NCBI GenBank assembly: GCA_963753435.1
Contig: CAVWCF010000001.1
Span: 960,001 to 1,024,000 of the forward strand
DNA: 64,000 nt
Origin: an uncultured Actinomycetota bacterium
Lineage (GTDB): Bacteria; Actinomycetota; Actinomycetes; CAVWCF01
Direction of reading: 5' to 3'
In this document: one piece after another, positions 53,030 through 64,000 of the stretch
How the letters are laid out: each line of letters opens with the position of its first letter
Position numbering within the stretch: position 1 is the stretch's first letter
Translations under genes and position numbers: made by a program
The notes under the pieces: model-generated
Databases searched by the model: none
The model's input: the letters and a program-made list of their open reading frames with translations, nothing else
Told to the model about the DNA's origin: nothing

Positions 53030-54055
53030 CTACTCGGTCGGAACCGTGATGTCGCCGTTCTTGATTGCTTCGGCTGCCTCATCCGCCTTGGCCGTGTACT
53101 CGTTGACCGCGTCGTTGGACAACGAGTAGCCGACGCCTTCCGCCTCGAGGTCGAAGACCTGGATGCCGGACAGCGGCGAACCATCCACTGCCGCCTTGAT
53201 GGTCTCGTACACAGACACGTCAACCCGCTTGATCATCGACGTGATGATCGTGTCTTTGCCCTCGGTGGCAGTCAGGAACTGGTCGGAGTCGACACCGATG
53301 GACAACGCGTCGGCCGCGGCCGCTGCGGTGAACACACCACTGCCGGACCCGCCAGCGGCGTGGTAGACCACGTCGGCACCGGCGTCATACATGCCGGTAG
53401 CTGCCGTCTGGCCCTTGGCCGGGTCGTTGAAGCCGGAGAAGTCCGGTGCCTGGGTCAGGTACTTGACCTGAACCTCGATGTCCGGGTTCACCGACTCCGC
53501 ACCAGCCCGGTAGCCGGCCTCGAACTTCTTGATCAGCGGAACTTCCACTCCGCCGACAAAGCCGATGTTGCCCGACTCGCTGGCCTGTGCCGCGATGACG
53601 CCGACCAGGTAAGAGCCCTGCTCCTCGGCGAAGGTCAGGCTGGCCACGTTGGGGGCCTCGACCGAGGAGTCGTCAACGATGGCGAAGTCCACGTCCGGGA
53701 ACTCCGTGGCCACGTTGCCCAATGCAGTTGCATAGGCGAAGCCGACCGCGATGACGGGGCTGTAGCCGCCCTCGGCGAGCAATCGCAGGCGCTCCTCCTT
53801 CTGGGCGTCGGTCTCGTTGGCGGCGGCGGAGAGTTCCTTGACCTCGACGCCGAACTCCTCCTTGGCCTGGTCGAGACCGGCTGCGGCGGAGTCGTTGAAC
53901 GACTGGTCGCCACGACCGCCGATGTCGTAGGCAAGGCCCACCTTGATGTCACTCTGGGGGCTCTCGTCGCTGCTGCTGTCGTCGTCAGACGAGCAGGCGG
54001 ACAGGACCAGAGACCCTGCCAGCAGGACGGAGCCGAACGCGAGCACCCTGCGCAA
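53030..54055 (-). CDS. BMP-family nucleoside-binding lipoprotein
   Basis: AAGGAG SD then TTG; lipobox LSAC; motifs GGRGDQSFN, AAGGSG and IGVDSDQ. Confidence 0.92.
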   Translation of the reverse strand: MRRVLAFGSVLLAGSLVLSACSSDDDSSSDESPQSDIKVGLAYDIGGRGDQSFNDSAAAGLDQAKEEFGVEVKELSAAANETDAQKEERLRLLAEGGYSPVIAVGFAYATALGNVATEFPDVDFAIVDDSSVEAPNVASLTFAEEQGSYLVGVIAAQASESGNIGFVGGVEVPLIKKFEAGYRAGAESVNPDIEVQVKYLTQAPDFSGFNDPAKGQTAATGMYDAGADVVYHAAGGSGSGVFTAAAAADALSIGVDSDQFLTATEGKDTIITSMIKRVDVSVYETIKAAVDGSPLSGIQVFDLEAEGVGYSLSNDAVNEYTAKADEAAEAIKNGDITVPTE

Positions 54056-54235
54056 GGGCTTCTCCTTATCGTTCGGGGCGTCGGCCCAGTCGGGCACAAA
54101 CGCCGTTTCACAGCACCCTAGCCCCGTCCAACCACCCAGAACGCCGGGGACCGGCGGCGTGGCCGAACTGTTACCAGGAGGAGACCTAGGAGCCGGACCG
54201 GAACGGACCAATCGGGCACATGGCCAACGGGCCCG

Positions 54236-55432
54236 TCAGTTGACCAACGGGCGGCCGGCCCGCAGCGCCGAGAGGGCCGTCTCGACCATCAACTGCACGC
54301 CGACGTCGATCGCGCGCTCATCGACGTCGAAGATCCCCTGGTGCAGGTCCCGGACATCGCCGTCGTCGGGCCGCCGAACGCCCAGCCGGGCCATCGCACC
54401 CGGGGCATGCTCCAGGTACCAGGCGAAGTCCTCACCACCGAGGCTCTGCTCGACCTCGACCAGATGTTCCGGCCCGACCGTGGCGCGCGCCGCGTCAGCC
54501 ATCAGCCGCACACAGCCGGCCTCGTTGACGACGGGCGGAACCCCACGCGCATAGTCGACTTCGACCTGGACGCCGTACGGGGCGGCCAGTTCGCGGATCA
54601 CCTGCTCGACGGCCACCGGTGCATCGGCCCAGGCGGCGGCATCGAGCGTGCGGACCGTGCCCTCGGCCTCACCGAAGTCGGCGATGGCGTTGGCCGCTCG
54701 ACCGGCCCGCAACTTGCCGAACACGACCGACAACCCAGCCCTCGGGTCCACTCGACGGCTCAACGCGCCGGGCAGGTCCGCCACCACCCGGGCCAACGCG
54801 TGCGTCAGGTCGGCGGTCAGATGCGGTCTGGCCGTGTGCCCACCGGGGCCGTGCATCAGAACCCGGATGCGGTCGGCCGATCCCGTCACCGCGCCCAACC
54901 GCAGGCCCACGGTTCCGCAGTCGGCCCGTGGGTCGCAGTGCAGCGCGAAGATCCGCTCCACACCGGTCATTCCGCCGGCGGCGATGATGTCGTGAGCGCC
55001 GCCGGGATTGCACTCCTCGGCCGGCTGGAAGATCAGTCGTACGGCTCCCGGGACCTCCCCGGCCTCGGCCAACTCCGCCAGGATCAAGCCCGCGCCGAGC
55101 AGCACCGACGTGTGCACGTCATGACCACACGCGTGACAGACACCGTCAACCGTCGACGCGTACGGAACCGACTTCTCGTCATGGATTGGCAACGCGTCCA
55201 GATCGGCGCGGAGGGCGACGATCGGGCCGCCGGGTTCACCGAGGTCGGCCATCAGACCAGCGCCGTTGGGCAGCACGTGCGACTCGATGCCGGCTCGGGC
55301 TAGTCGGGCCGCGACCACGGCCGTCGTGCGGGTTTCGGCACGACCGAGTTCCGGGTGGGCGTGCAGGTCCCGACGGATCGCGATGAGTTCGGCGCTCAAC
55401 TCCGCGGTCAAGCCCTTTGCTGCCACCGTCAC
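54236..55432 (-). CDS. M20 amidohydrolase
   Basis: Motifs [27 protein letters not shown] and GGEDF. Confidence 0.9.
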   Translation of the reverse strand: MTVAAKGLTAELSAELIAIRRDLHAHPELGRAETRTTAVVAARLARAGIESHVLPNGAGLMADLGEPGGPIVALRADLDALPIHDEKSVPYASTVDGVCHACGHDVHTSVLLGAGLILAELAEAGEVPGAVRLIFQPAEECNPGGAHDIIAAGGMTGVERIFALHCDPRADCGTVGLRLGAVTGSADRIRVLMHGPGGHTARPHLTADLTHALARVVADLPGALSRRVDPRAGLSVVFGKLRAGRAANAIADFGEAEGTVRTLDAAAWADAPVAVEQVIRELAAPYGVQVEVDYARGVPPVVNEAGCVRLMADAARATVGPEHLVEVEQSLGGEDFAWYLEHAPGAMARLGVRRPDDGDVRDLHQGIFDVDERAIDVGVQLMVETALSALRAGRPLVN

Positions 55433-57009
55433 AGTGTGTCCACCGGCACGTAGGTGCCCCACACGCCACGCAGGCAGTCACAGACTTCCCCGACGGTGGC
55501 GCGGGCAGCCAGTGCCGCCTTCATCGGATAGAGGACGTTCGCCGTGCCTTCCGCTGCCTGCCGCAGGTCTGCAAGTGCGGCGGCTACTGCCGCGTTGTCG
55601 CGCTCGCCGCGCAAACGAGCCAGTCGCGCTGCCTGGTCGGCTCCGATCCTCGGATCGACCCGCAACGGCTCGTAGGGTTCCTCCTCCGCTAGCTGGAAGC
55701 GGTTCACGCCGACGACGACGCGATCACCGGAGTCGATGGACTGAGTCGTCGCGTATGCAGCCTTTTCGATCTCGCTCTTCTGGTAGCCCTGCTCGATCGC
55801 CCGGACCGCCCCGCCGCGATCCTCCACCGCGTCGATGAGGCCCTGCGCGGCTGCCTCCAACTCATCGGTCATCGACTCAATGGCGTAGGAACCGGCAAAG
55901 GGGTCGACCGTGGCAGTCAAGTCGGTTTCATAGGCGAGCACCTGCTGGGTACGCAGCGCGAGTCGTGCCGACTTCTCCGTCGGCAGCGCGATCGCTTCGT
56001 CGAAGGAGTTCGTGTGCAGGCTCTGCGTCCCGCCGAGGACCGCGGCCAGCGCCTGCACCGCCACGCGGATCAGGTTGACCTCAGGCTGCTGCGCAGTCAG
56101 CTGCACACCTGCGGTCTGGGTGTGGAAACGCAGCATCAACGACTTCGGGTTCTTCGCGCCGAACTCGTCGCGCATGATGCGCGCCCAGATGCGGCGTGCG
56201 GCGCGGAACTTCGCGACCTCCTCCAGCAGCGTCGTGCGGGACACGAAGAAGAACGCAAGCCGGGGCGCAAACTCATCGACGTCCTGCCCGGACGCAATGG
56301 CCGCGCGCACGTACTCGATGCCGTTGGCCAAAGTGAAGGCCACCTCTTGCGCGGGCGTGGCACCGGCTTCGGCCATGTGGTAGCCGGAGATGGAGATGGT
56401 GTTCCACTTGGGCATCTCCGCGCGGCAGTACGAGAACGTGTCGGTGATCAACCGCAGGCTGGCCGCGGGCGGGTAGATGTAGGTACCGCGGGCGATGTAC
56501 TCCTTGAGGACATCGTTCTGGATCGTCCCGGTGAGGTCGGACGAAGCCACGCCCTGCTCCTCGGCAACGAGTTGATACAGAACTAGGAGCACGGCAGCGG
56601 GTGCGTTGATCGTCATCGACGTGGACACCTCGCCCAGCGGGATGTCGTCGAACAGGACCGCCATGTCCTCGATGGAGTCGATCGCGACGCCGACCTTGCC
56701 TACCTCGCCCTGCGCCACGACAGCGTCGGAGTCGTAACCCATCTGGGTCGGCAAGTCGAAAGCCACCGAGAGCCCGGTCTGGCCCGCGGCCAGCAACTGC
56801 CGATAGCGGGCGTTGGACTCGGCGGCAGTTCCGAAGCCGGCGTACTGACGCATCGTCCACGGCCGGCCCGTGTACATGTTCGGGTACACACCGCGCGTGT
56901 ACGGGAACTCACCCGGGTGACCAAGGGCGGCTTCGGGATCCCAACCGCTCAGGGACTCCGGTCCGTAGACCGTCTCGATCGGGAGTCCGGACTCGGTCGT
57001 CCGATCCAC
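55429..57009 (-). CDS. Methylmalonyl-CoA mutase-type large subunit, no B12-binding domain
   Basis: Motifs [27 protein letters not shown] and [10 protein letters not shown]; GGAGG SD then GTG. Confidence 0.92.
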   Translation of the reverse strand: MDRTTESGLPIETVYGPESLSGWDPEAALGHPGEFPYTRGVYPNMYTGRPWTMRQYAGFGTAAESNARYRQLLAAGQTGLSVAFDLPTQMGYDSDAVVAQGEVGKVGVAIDSIEDMAVLFDDIPLGEVSTSMTINAPAAVLLVLYQLVAEEQGVASSDLTGTIQNDVLKEYIARGTYIYPPAASLRLITDTFSYCRAEMPKWNTISISGYHMAEAGATPAQEVAFTLANGIEYVRAAIASGQDVDEFAPRLAFFFVSRTTLLEEVAKFRAARRIWARIMRDEFGAKNPKSLMLRFHTQTAGVQLTAQQPEVNLIRVAVQALAAVLGGTQSLHTNSFDEAIALPTEKSARLALRTQQVLAYETDLTATVDPFAGSYAIESMTDELEAAAQGLIDAVEDRGGAVRAIEQGYQKSEIEKAAYATTQSIDSGDRVVVGVNRFQLAEEEPYEPLRVDPRIGADQAARLARLRGERDNAAVAAALADLRQAAEGTANVLYPMKAALAARATVGEVCDCLRGVWGTYVPVDTL

Positions 57010-57131
57010 GCGGCCTCCAGAACTTCGGGGTTGAGCCTGCACCCAACGGGGCCGATGGCCAGTGTGGAGCAGTACAGAACAACAAGAGTACGTCCGGGGC
57101 GAAGTCGCCCCGCAGGTACCCTCAAGCGGCC

Positions 57132-58256
57132 ATGAATCGCCGTTCCCCCACGATGCTGCTGGCCCGCGCAGCGCTCGCATTGGTGCTGCCCGTGGCCTTG
57201 CTGACCGCAGCCGCCAGCGCCGCAAGCGCGGATGAAGCGATCGGCGGGGCCGTCCTCGCGACGCCCGGTGTGGTCGTTGCGCCGGGGGCACCGGCTCCGC
57301 CTGCCGTTGCGGCCAAGGCGTTCGTGGTGGCCGATCTCGACTCCGGGGCGATCCTGGCCGCGCAGTCGGCACACCTGCGGCTGCAGCCGGCCAGCACCTT
57401 GAAGTCACTGACCGCGCTCACCCTGCTCCCGCTCCTGGACCCGGCCACGGAGTACACCGCCACCTACGAAGACGCCGCGGCTGAAGGCAGCAAGGTCGGC
57501 ATCGTCGTCGGCGCCCCCTACTTGGTTTCGGACCTCTTCAACGGTCTGATGCTGCCGTCGGGCAACGACGCCGCCCACGCGCTGGGTGAGGTTGCCGGCG
57601 GGCAGGCCGTGGCGTTGGAGTTGATGAACGCCGAAGCGCGGCGACTGCAGGCGCTGGACACCGTCGCCAAGACCACGTCCGGCCTCGACGAGCCGGGGCA
57701 GTCCACGAGCGCCTACGACCTGGCACTGATCGCCCGGGCCGGGCTGCAGCGGGAGGACTTCCGCGCACTGGCTAGTCGCAAGTCGGCCGACTTTCCCGGC
57801 AAGCCCGCCGCCGCCGGGCCACGACCGACTTACAAGATCTACACCCAGAACCGGCTGCTGCTCAACGGCTACGACGGGGCGATCGGCGTGAAGACGGGCT
57901 ACACAACGCAGGCCGGCCGAACATTCGTCGCCGCTGCCGAGCGCGGTGGTCGCAGTTACGTGGTGACGTTGCTGGGCACATCGGGCCGATCCGAGCCGGC
58001 CGCAGCCGCGCTGCTCGATTGGGCATTCGCGAACCCCGAGATGGACGGCGTTGCACAGTTGGTGGACCCAGTTCCCGCGGCGGCACTGAAGGTCGCCGAA
58101 CGTGATGGGACCCAGACCATCGATGCCGAAGCCGCAGCAGCCGAAACCGTCGCCGGGGCCTCAGGCCTCAGCCCGCGTACCGCTGCGGGCGTCGGCATCC
58201 TTGGCCTCGGCGTGCTGGTTACGGTCGCCGGGGTCATCGGTACCCGCTGGCTCTGA
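57132..58256 (+). CDS. D-alanyl-D-alanine carboxypeptidase (S11)
   Basis: Signal peptide; SxxK (STLK), SxN (SGN) and KTG motifs; C-terminal TM helix. Confidence 0.92.
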   Translation: MNRRSPTMLLARAALALVLPVALLTAAASAASADEAIGGAVLATPGVVVAPGAPAPPAVAAKAFVVADLDSGAILAAQSAHLRLQPASTLKSLTALTLLPLLDPATEYTATYEDAAAEGSKVGIVVGAPYLVSDLFNGLMLPSGNDAAHALGEVAGGQAVALELMNAEARRLQALDTVAKTTSGLDEPGQSTSAYDLALIARAGLQREDFRALASRKSADFPGKPAAAGPRPTYKIYTQNRLLLNGYDGAIGVKTGYTTQAGRTFVAAAERGGRSYVVTLLGTSGRSEPAAAALLDWAFANPEMDGVAQLVDPVPAAALKVAERDGTQTIDAEAAAAETVAGASGLSPRTAAGVGILGLGVLVTVAGVIGTRWL

Positions 58257-59105
58257 GTCCGGCTCGGCCGTGAACGCCCATGCGGCCACGACGAGAACCC
58301 ACCGGGCCAGGAACGTGACATAGATCAGCATCGCCACCGCCAGCGCAGAGGTGCCGTAGATGGGGTTGGTCAACGTCGGACCGACAATCAGCCCGGCGGC
58401 CAGTCGCAGCACCCAGATCCCCGCACCTGCCAACAGCGACGCGACCACCAACTCGTGTCCGGGCAATCGCGTGCCGGACAGGCCGCCGATCAGCAGCAAC
58501 GCGATGAGGAAGTCAATGGCAAGTGAAGCCGCGATTCCGATGAGGGTCACCGTGAAGGTGGACCAGGTGACTGCCACCCCTACGGCATCCAGCATTTCCT
58601 GGGCCAGCCAGGTAGCCAGGCCGGCGATCAACCAGGTGACGAGCAGCCCGCCCACGATCAGAACCAGCACCACCAGGTCACGGACCACCTCGACCAGGAA
58701 AGCGCCGCGCACCAACGGCGGCTGTCGGCCCACCGTCCGTAGGGCCTCACGGAACGCTGAGACAAAGCGCCACCCGGAGTAGGTCGCAAACAGCAGCGCA
58801 CCGAGACCCAGCGTGATGAGGGCGATGTCGCCACCAACAAGTCCCGTGGACAGACCGTCCCGGACACTCAGACCGCTTTCCGCCAGGAACGGCAGGACGG
58901 ACTCCAACCACGCCAGGATCCCGACAATGATCGTTGCGGCCGGGAACAGCGCCAAGAAGCCGTAGTAGCCAATGCTGGCGCCCCACCGGCTGGCCCTGGT
59001 CTCGGAGAAGCGCTGCCCGGCACGCAACACGTGCGCGGCCCAAGGCCGCGACTGCGCGGCGACTTCAAATCTCGTCTGGACACCGCGGACCATGCGACCA
59101 CTCAT
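58161..59105 (-). CDS. YihY/BrkB-family membrane protein
   Basis: GYYGFLALFP, multiple TM helices and typical dac-yihY-2H-trpS synteny. Confidence 0.8.
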   Translation of the reverse strand: MSGRMVRGVQTRFEVAAQSRPWAAHVLRAGQRFSETRASRWGASIGYYGFLALFPAATIIVGILAWLESVLPFLAESGLSVRDGLSTGLVGGDIALITLGLGALLFATYSGWRFVSAFREALRTVGRQPPLVRGAFLVEVVRDLVVLVLIVGGLLVTWLIAGLATWLAQEMLDAVGVAVTWSTFTVTLIGIAASLAIDFLIALLLIGGLSGTRLPGHELVVASLLAGAGIWVLRLAAGLIVGPTLTNPIYGTSALAVAMLIYVTFLARWVLVVAAWAFTAEPDSEPAGTDDPGDRNQHAEAKDADARSGTRAEA

Positions 59106-59134
59106 CGGCTCACCCGCCCGAACCCCGCCATCCG

Positions 59135-59653
59135 CTACCCACGTAGCGACAGGTCCCGGTCCGGCACCCAGCGACCGCCGACGTGGCTATAGAGGCGGAA
59201 TGCGTCCACGGTGAACTCTGCGGAGAAGTGCGCGAGGTCGCCGAACGCACGGTCCAGCTCGGAATCGGCCACATCGTGCGCAACGGTTACGTGCGGGTGA
59301 TACGGGAATCCGAGAGGGCGTTCCAGGGGACCGGAACGAATATCACGCTCCAACTGCTCGCACTCGCTGATGCCTTGCGCGACGACAACAAAGACAACTG
59401 GTGAGACCGGCCGGAACGTGCCAGTGCCACGAAGCAGCACCGTGAAGTCGCTGTTCCGGCTCGCAACCTCGGTCAGGTGCTCCAGCACTTCACCCCGGAC
59501 GGCATCGTCGATCGTCGTCGGCGGCAGCAGCGTGATGTGCGGTGGCACCGCCTCCGCTTCGGGGTCGCCGTAACCGAGGCGGGCCGCACGCAGTTGCTCT
59601 GCCCACGGCGATGGGATCTCAATGGCGACGCCAAGTACCTGCCCGGGAGACAA
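59135..59653 (-). CDS. 2H phosphoesterase (2'-5' RNA ligase family)
   Basis: Two HxT motifs, HITL and HVTV. Confidence 0.88.
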   Translation of the reverse strand: MSPGQVLGVAIEIPSPWAEQLRAARLGYGDPEAEAVPPHITLLPPTTIDDAVRGEVLEHLTEVASRNSDFTVLLRGTGTFRPVSPVVFVVVAQGISECEQLERDIRSGPLERPLGFPYHPHVTVAHDVADSELDRAFGDLAHFSAEFTVDAFRLYSHVGGRWVPDRDLSLRG

Positions 59654-59659
59654 CGTCGC

Positions 59660-62012
<2,353 letters not shown>

Positions 62013-62058
62013 GTTCGCCGAGGCTAGGGCCTCGAGGCTGATCGGCCCGTAACGGCTC

Positions 62059-63273
62059 TCAGGCCATTGCCTTTTGGAGGTTCTCGTCCAATGCCGCCAG
62101 GAACTCCTGGGTCGTCATCCACGGCTGTTCCGGCGAGATGAGCAGGGCCAAGTCCTTGGTCATCTGGCCACTCTCGACCGTGTCGATGCACACGCGTTCC
62201 AGCGTCTCGGCGAACCGGGTGACCTCCGGGGTGGAGTCCAGCTTGCCGCGGTGCGCCAGACCCCGGGTCCAGGCGAAGATCGACGCGATCGGGTTGGTCG
62301 AAGTCGGCTTGCCGGCCTGGTGCTGGCGGTAGTGCCGGGTCACGGTGCCGTGGGCGGCCTCCGCCTCGACGGTGCGGCCGTCCGGCGTCATCAGGACGCT
62401 GGTCATCAGACCCAGGGAACCGAACCCCTGCGCGACGGTGTCGGACTGGACGTCGCCGTCGTAGTTCTTGCACGCCCAGACGTAGCCGCCTTCCCACTTC
62501 AGCGCCGCCGCGACCATGTCGTCGATGAGCCGGTGCTCGTAGGTGATGCCGGCGGCCTCGAACTCTGTCTTGAACTCGGTCTCGAAGACCTCGGCGAAGA
62601 TGTCCTTGAAGCGGCCGTCGTACGCCTTGAGGATCGTGTTCTTGGTCGACAGGTAGACGGGGTAGTTGCGAGCGAGTCCGTAGCGCATCGATGCGCGAGC
62701 GAAGTCGCGGATGGAGTCGTCCAGGTTGTACATGCCCATGGCGACGCCACCGCCGGGGAAGTCGTAGACGTTGAACTCCATCGGCTCACTGCCGTCAGCG
62801 GGTGTGAACGTCATGGTCAGGGTGCCCGGGCCGGGAACCTTGAAGTCGGTCGCCCGGTACTGATCACCGAACGCGTGACGGCCGACGACGATGGGCTGGG
62901 TCCAACCGGGGACCAGCCGGGGAACGTTGCTCATGATGATCGGCTCGCGGAAGATCACGCCGCCGAGGATGTTGCGAATCGTGCCGTTGGGTGAGCGCCA
63001 CATCTTCTTGAGGCCGAACTCCTCAACGCGGGCCTCGTCCGGCGTGATGGTGGCGCACTTGACGCCCACCCCGTGCCGGTTGATGGCGTTGGCGGCGTCA
63101 ATGGTGACCTGGTCGTCGGTGGCATCGCGGTGCTCGATGCCCAGGTCGTAGTACTCGAGGTTGACGTCGAGGTACGGGAGGATCAACTGGTCCTTGATGA
63201 ACTGCCAGATGATGCGGGTCATCTCGTCGCCGTCGAGTTCGACGACGGTGCCCTCAACCTTGATCTTGCTCAT
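62059..63273 (-). CDS. icd: NADP-dependent isocitrate dehydrogenase
   Basis: Motifs [22 protein letters not shown] and EAEAAHGTV. Confidence 0.97.
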   Translation of the reverse strand: MSKIKVEGTVVELDGDEMTRIIWQFIKDQLILPYLDVNLEYYDLGIEHRDATDDQVTIDAANAINRHGVGVKCATITPDEARVEEFGLKKMWRSPNGTIRNILGGVIFREPIIMSNVPRLVPGWTQPIVVGRHAFGDQYRATDFKVPGPGTLTMTFTPADGSEPMEFNVYDFPGGGVAMGMYNLDDSIRDFARASMRYGLARNYPVYLSTKNTILKAYDGRFKDIFAEVFETEFKTEFEAAGITYEHRLIDDMVAAALKWEGGYVWACKNYDGDVQSDTVAQGFGSLGLMTSVLMTPDGRTVEAEAAHGTVTRHYRQHQAGKPTSTNPIASIFAWTRGLAHRGKLDSTPEVTRFAETLERVCIDTVESGQMTKDLALLISPEQPWMTTQEFLAALDENLQKAMA

Positions 63274-63290
63274 CTTTCGATCCCCTCTGC

Positions 63291-64000
63291 TCACAGGTCC
63301 TGGACGTCGGCCTGCTTGGCGCGAACTGCTTCGGCGGCCTCGGCCAAAGCTGCCTTCTCGGTGTCGGTCAGGTCGGTCTGGACGACCCGGCGCACACCAT
63401 CGCGGCCGATCTCAGCCTCGACGCCGAGGTAGACGCCGGAGATGCCGTACTCGCCGTCAACCCAGGCACACACCGGCATCACTGCGCCGGAGTCCTCCTT
63501 GACCGCCCGCGCCATGCGGGCCGCCGCCGCCGACGGCGCGTAGTAGGCCGAGCCGGTCTTCAGCAGGCCCACGATCTCCGCGCCGCCGTTCTTGGTGCGC
63601 TCAACGAGGGCGGCGATGTCCTCGGCGGACAGCAGGTCCGACAACGGCTTGCCGTCCACGGAGCAGCGGCTGGGAACGGGCACCATCGTGTCGCCGTGGC
63701 TGCCCAGGGTCAGCGTCTGCACCGACCCCACCGGTACGCCGAGCTTGTCGGCGACGAAGAACGAGAACCGGGCGGTGTCGAGCATGCCCGCCTGTCCGAG
63801 GATCCGGCTGCGGTCGAAGCCCGTGGCCAGTTGGGTGAGGGCGGTCATCTCGTCCAGCGGGTTGGAGACCACGATCACGACGGCGTTGGGTGCGTGGGTG
63901 GCGACGTTCTCGGCCACCTGGCGCACGATCGAGGCGTTGACCTCGATTAGGTCCATCCGGCTCATGCCGGGCTTGCGGGGCAGGCCCGCGGTGATCACGA
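63291..64000 (-). CDS. mdh: LDH-like malate dehydrogenase, 5' end beyond the window
   Basis: Motifs [30 protein letters not shown] and GSAYYAP. Confidence 0.93.
   Translation of the reverse strand, partial: VITAGLPRKPGMSRMDLIEVNASIVRQVAENVATHAPNAVVIVVSNPLDEMTALTQLATGFDRSRILGQAGMLDTARFSFFVADKLGVPVGSVQTLTLGSHGDTMVPVPSRCSVDGKPLSDLLSAEDIAALVERTKNGGAEIVGLLKTGSAYYAPSAAAARMARAVKEDSGAVMPVCAWVDGEYGISGVYLGVEAEIGRDGVRRVVQTDLTDTEKAALAEAAEAVRAKQADVQDL

Noticed and set aside
51419-54055. BMP gene and ATPase gene are in frame across a single TAG, suggesting a readthrough fusion
   Set aside because: An exported lipoprotein fused to a cytoplasmic ATPase is topologically implausible; the SD plus ATC start explains the arrangement better.
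54056-54235. 180-bp region upstream of the BMP gene as a possible purine riboswitch or sRNA
   Set aside because: No recognisable aptamer consensus or terminator; an Rfam/Infernal scan would settle it.
62059-64000. LDH-like mdh adjacent to icd
   Set aside because: A known housekeeping arrangement; nothing unusual is visible in the partial gene.

Overview
High-GC actinobacterial chromosome window, almost fully coding. I found no rRNA, tRNA, CRISPR array or mobile element. (1) 1-20.9 kb is a cell-envelope glycopolymer locus: several GT4/GT2 glycosyltransferases, a full WbpA/B/E/D/I-like set for a 2,3-diacetamido-uronic acid, a Wzm/Wzt exporter, an LCP ligase and a CWB2-repeat surface protein. 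(2) 20.9-35.5 kb holds acyl-CoA dehydrogenases, ugd, purK/purE, GtrA, two acyl-CoA carboxylase beta subunits, a GAF-GGDEF protein, birA, the epsilon subunit, Maf and a biotin carboxylase/BCCP. (3) 35.5-40.1 kb is an accessory insert: a rifampin-phosphotransferase-like PEP-utiliser coupled to an unknown membrane protein, facing a membrane-anchored PhoD. This is the best candidate for an undescribed system. (4) 40.1-55.4 kb holds lpdA and a nucleoside uptake/salvage block (phosphomutase, deoC, split ALDH pair, deoA, cdd, BMP-ABC). (5) 55.4-64 kb holds a mutase large subunit, a DD-carboxypeptidase, YihY, a 2H phosphoesterase, trpS, a CNNM/HlyC protein, icd and mdh. Reading the DNA directly also suggests three non-canonical start codons (one ATC, two CTG overlapping the upstream stop), many leaderless genes, and a GTnAC-n6-GTnAC box upstream of the LCP gene. 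All product calls come from motif recognition, not database searches.
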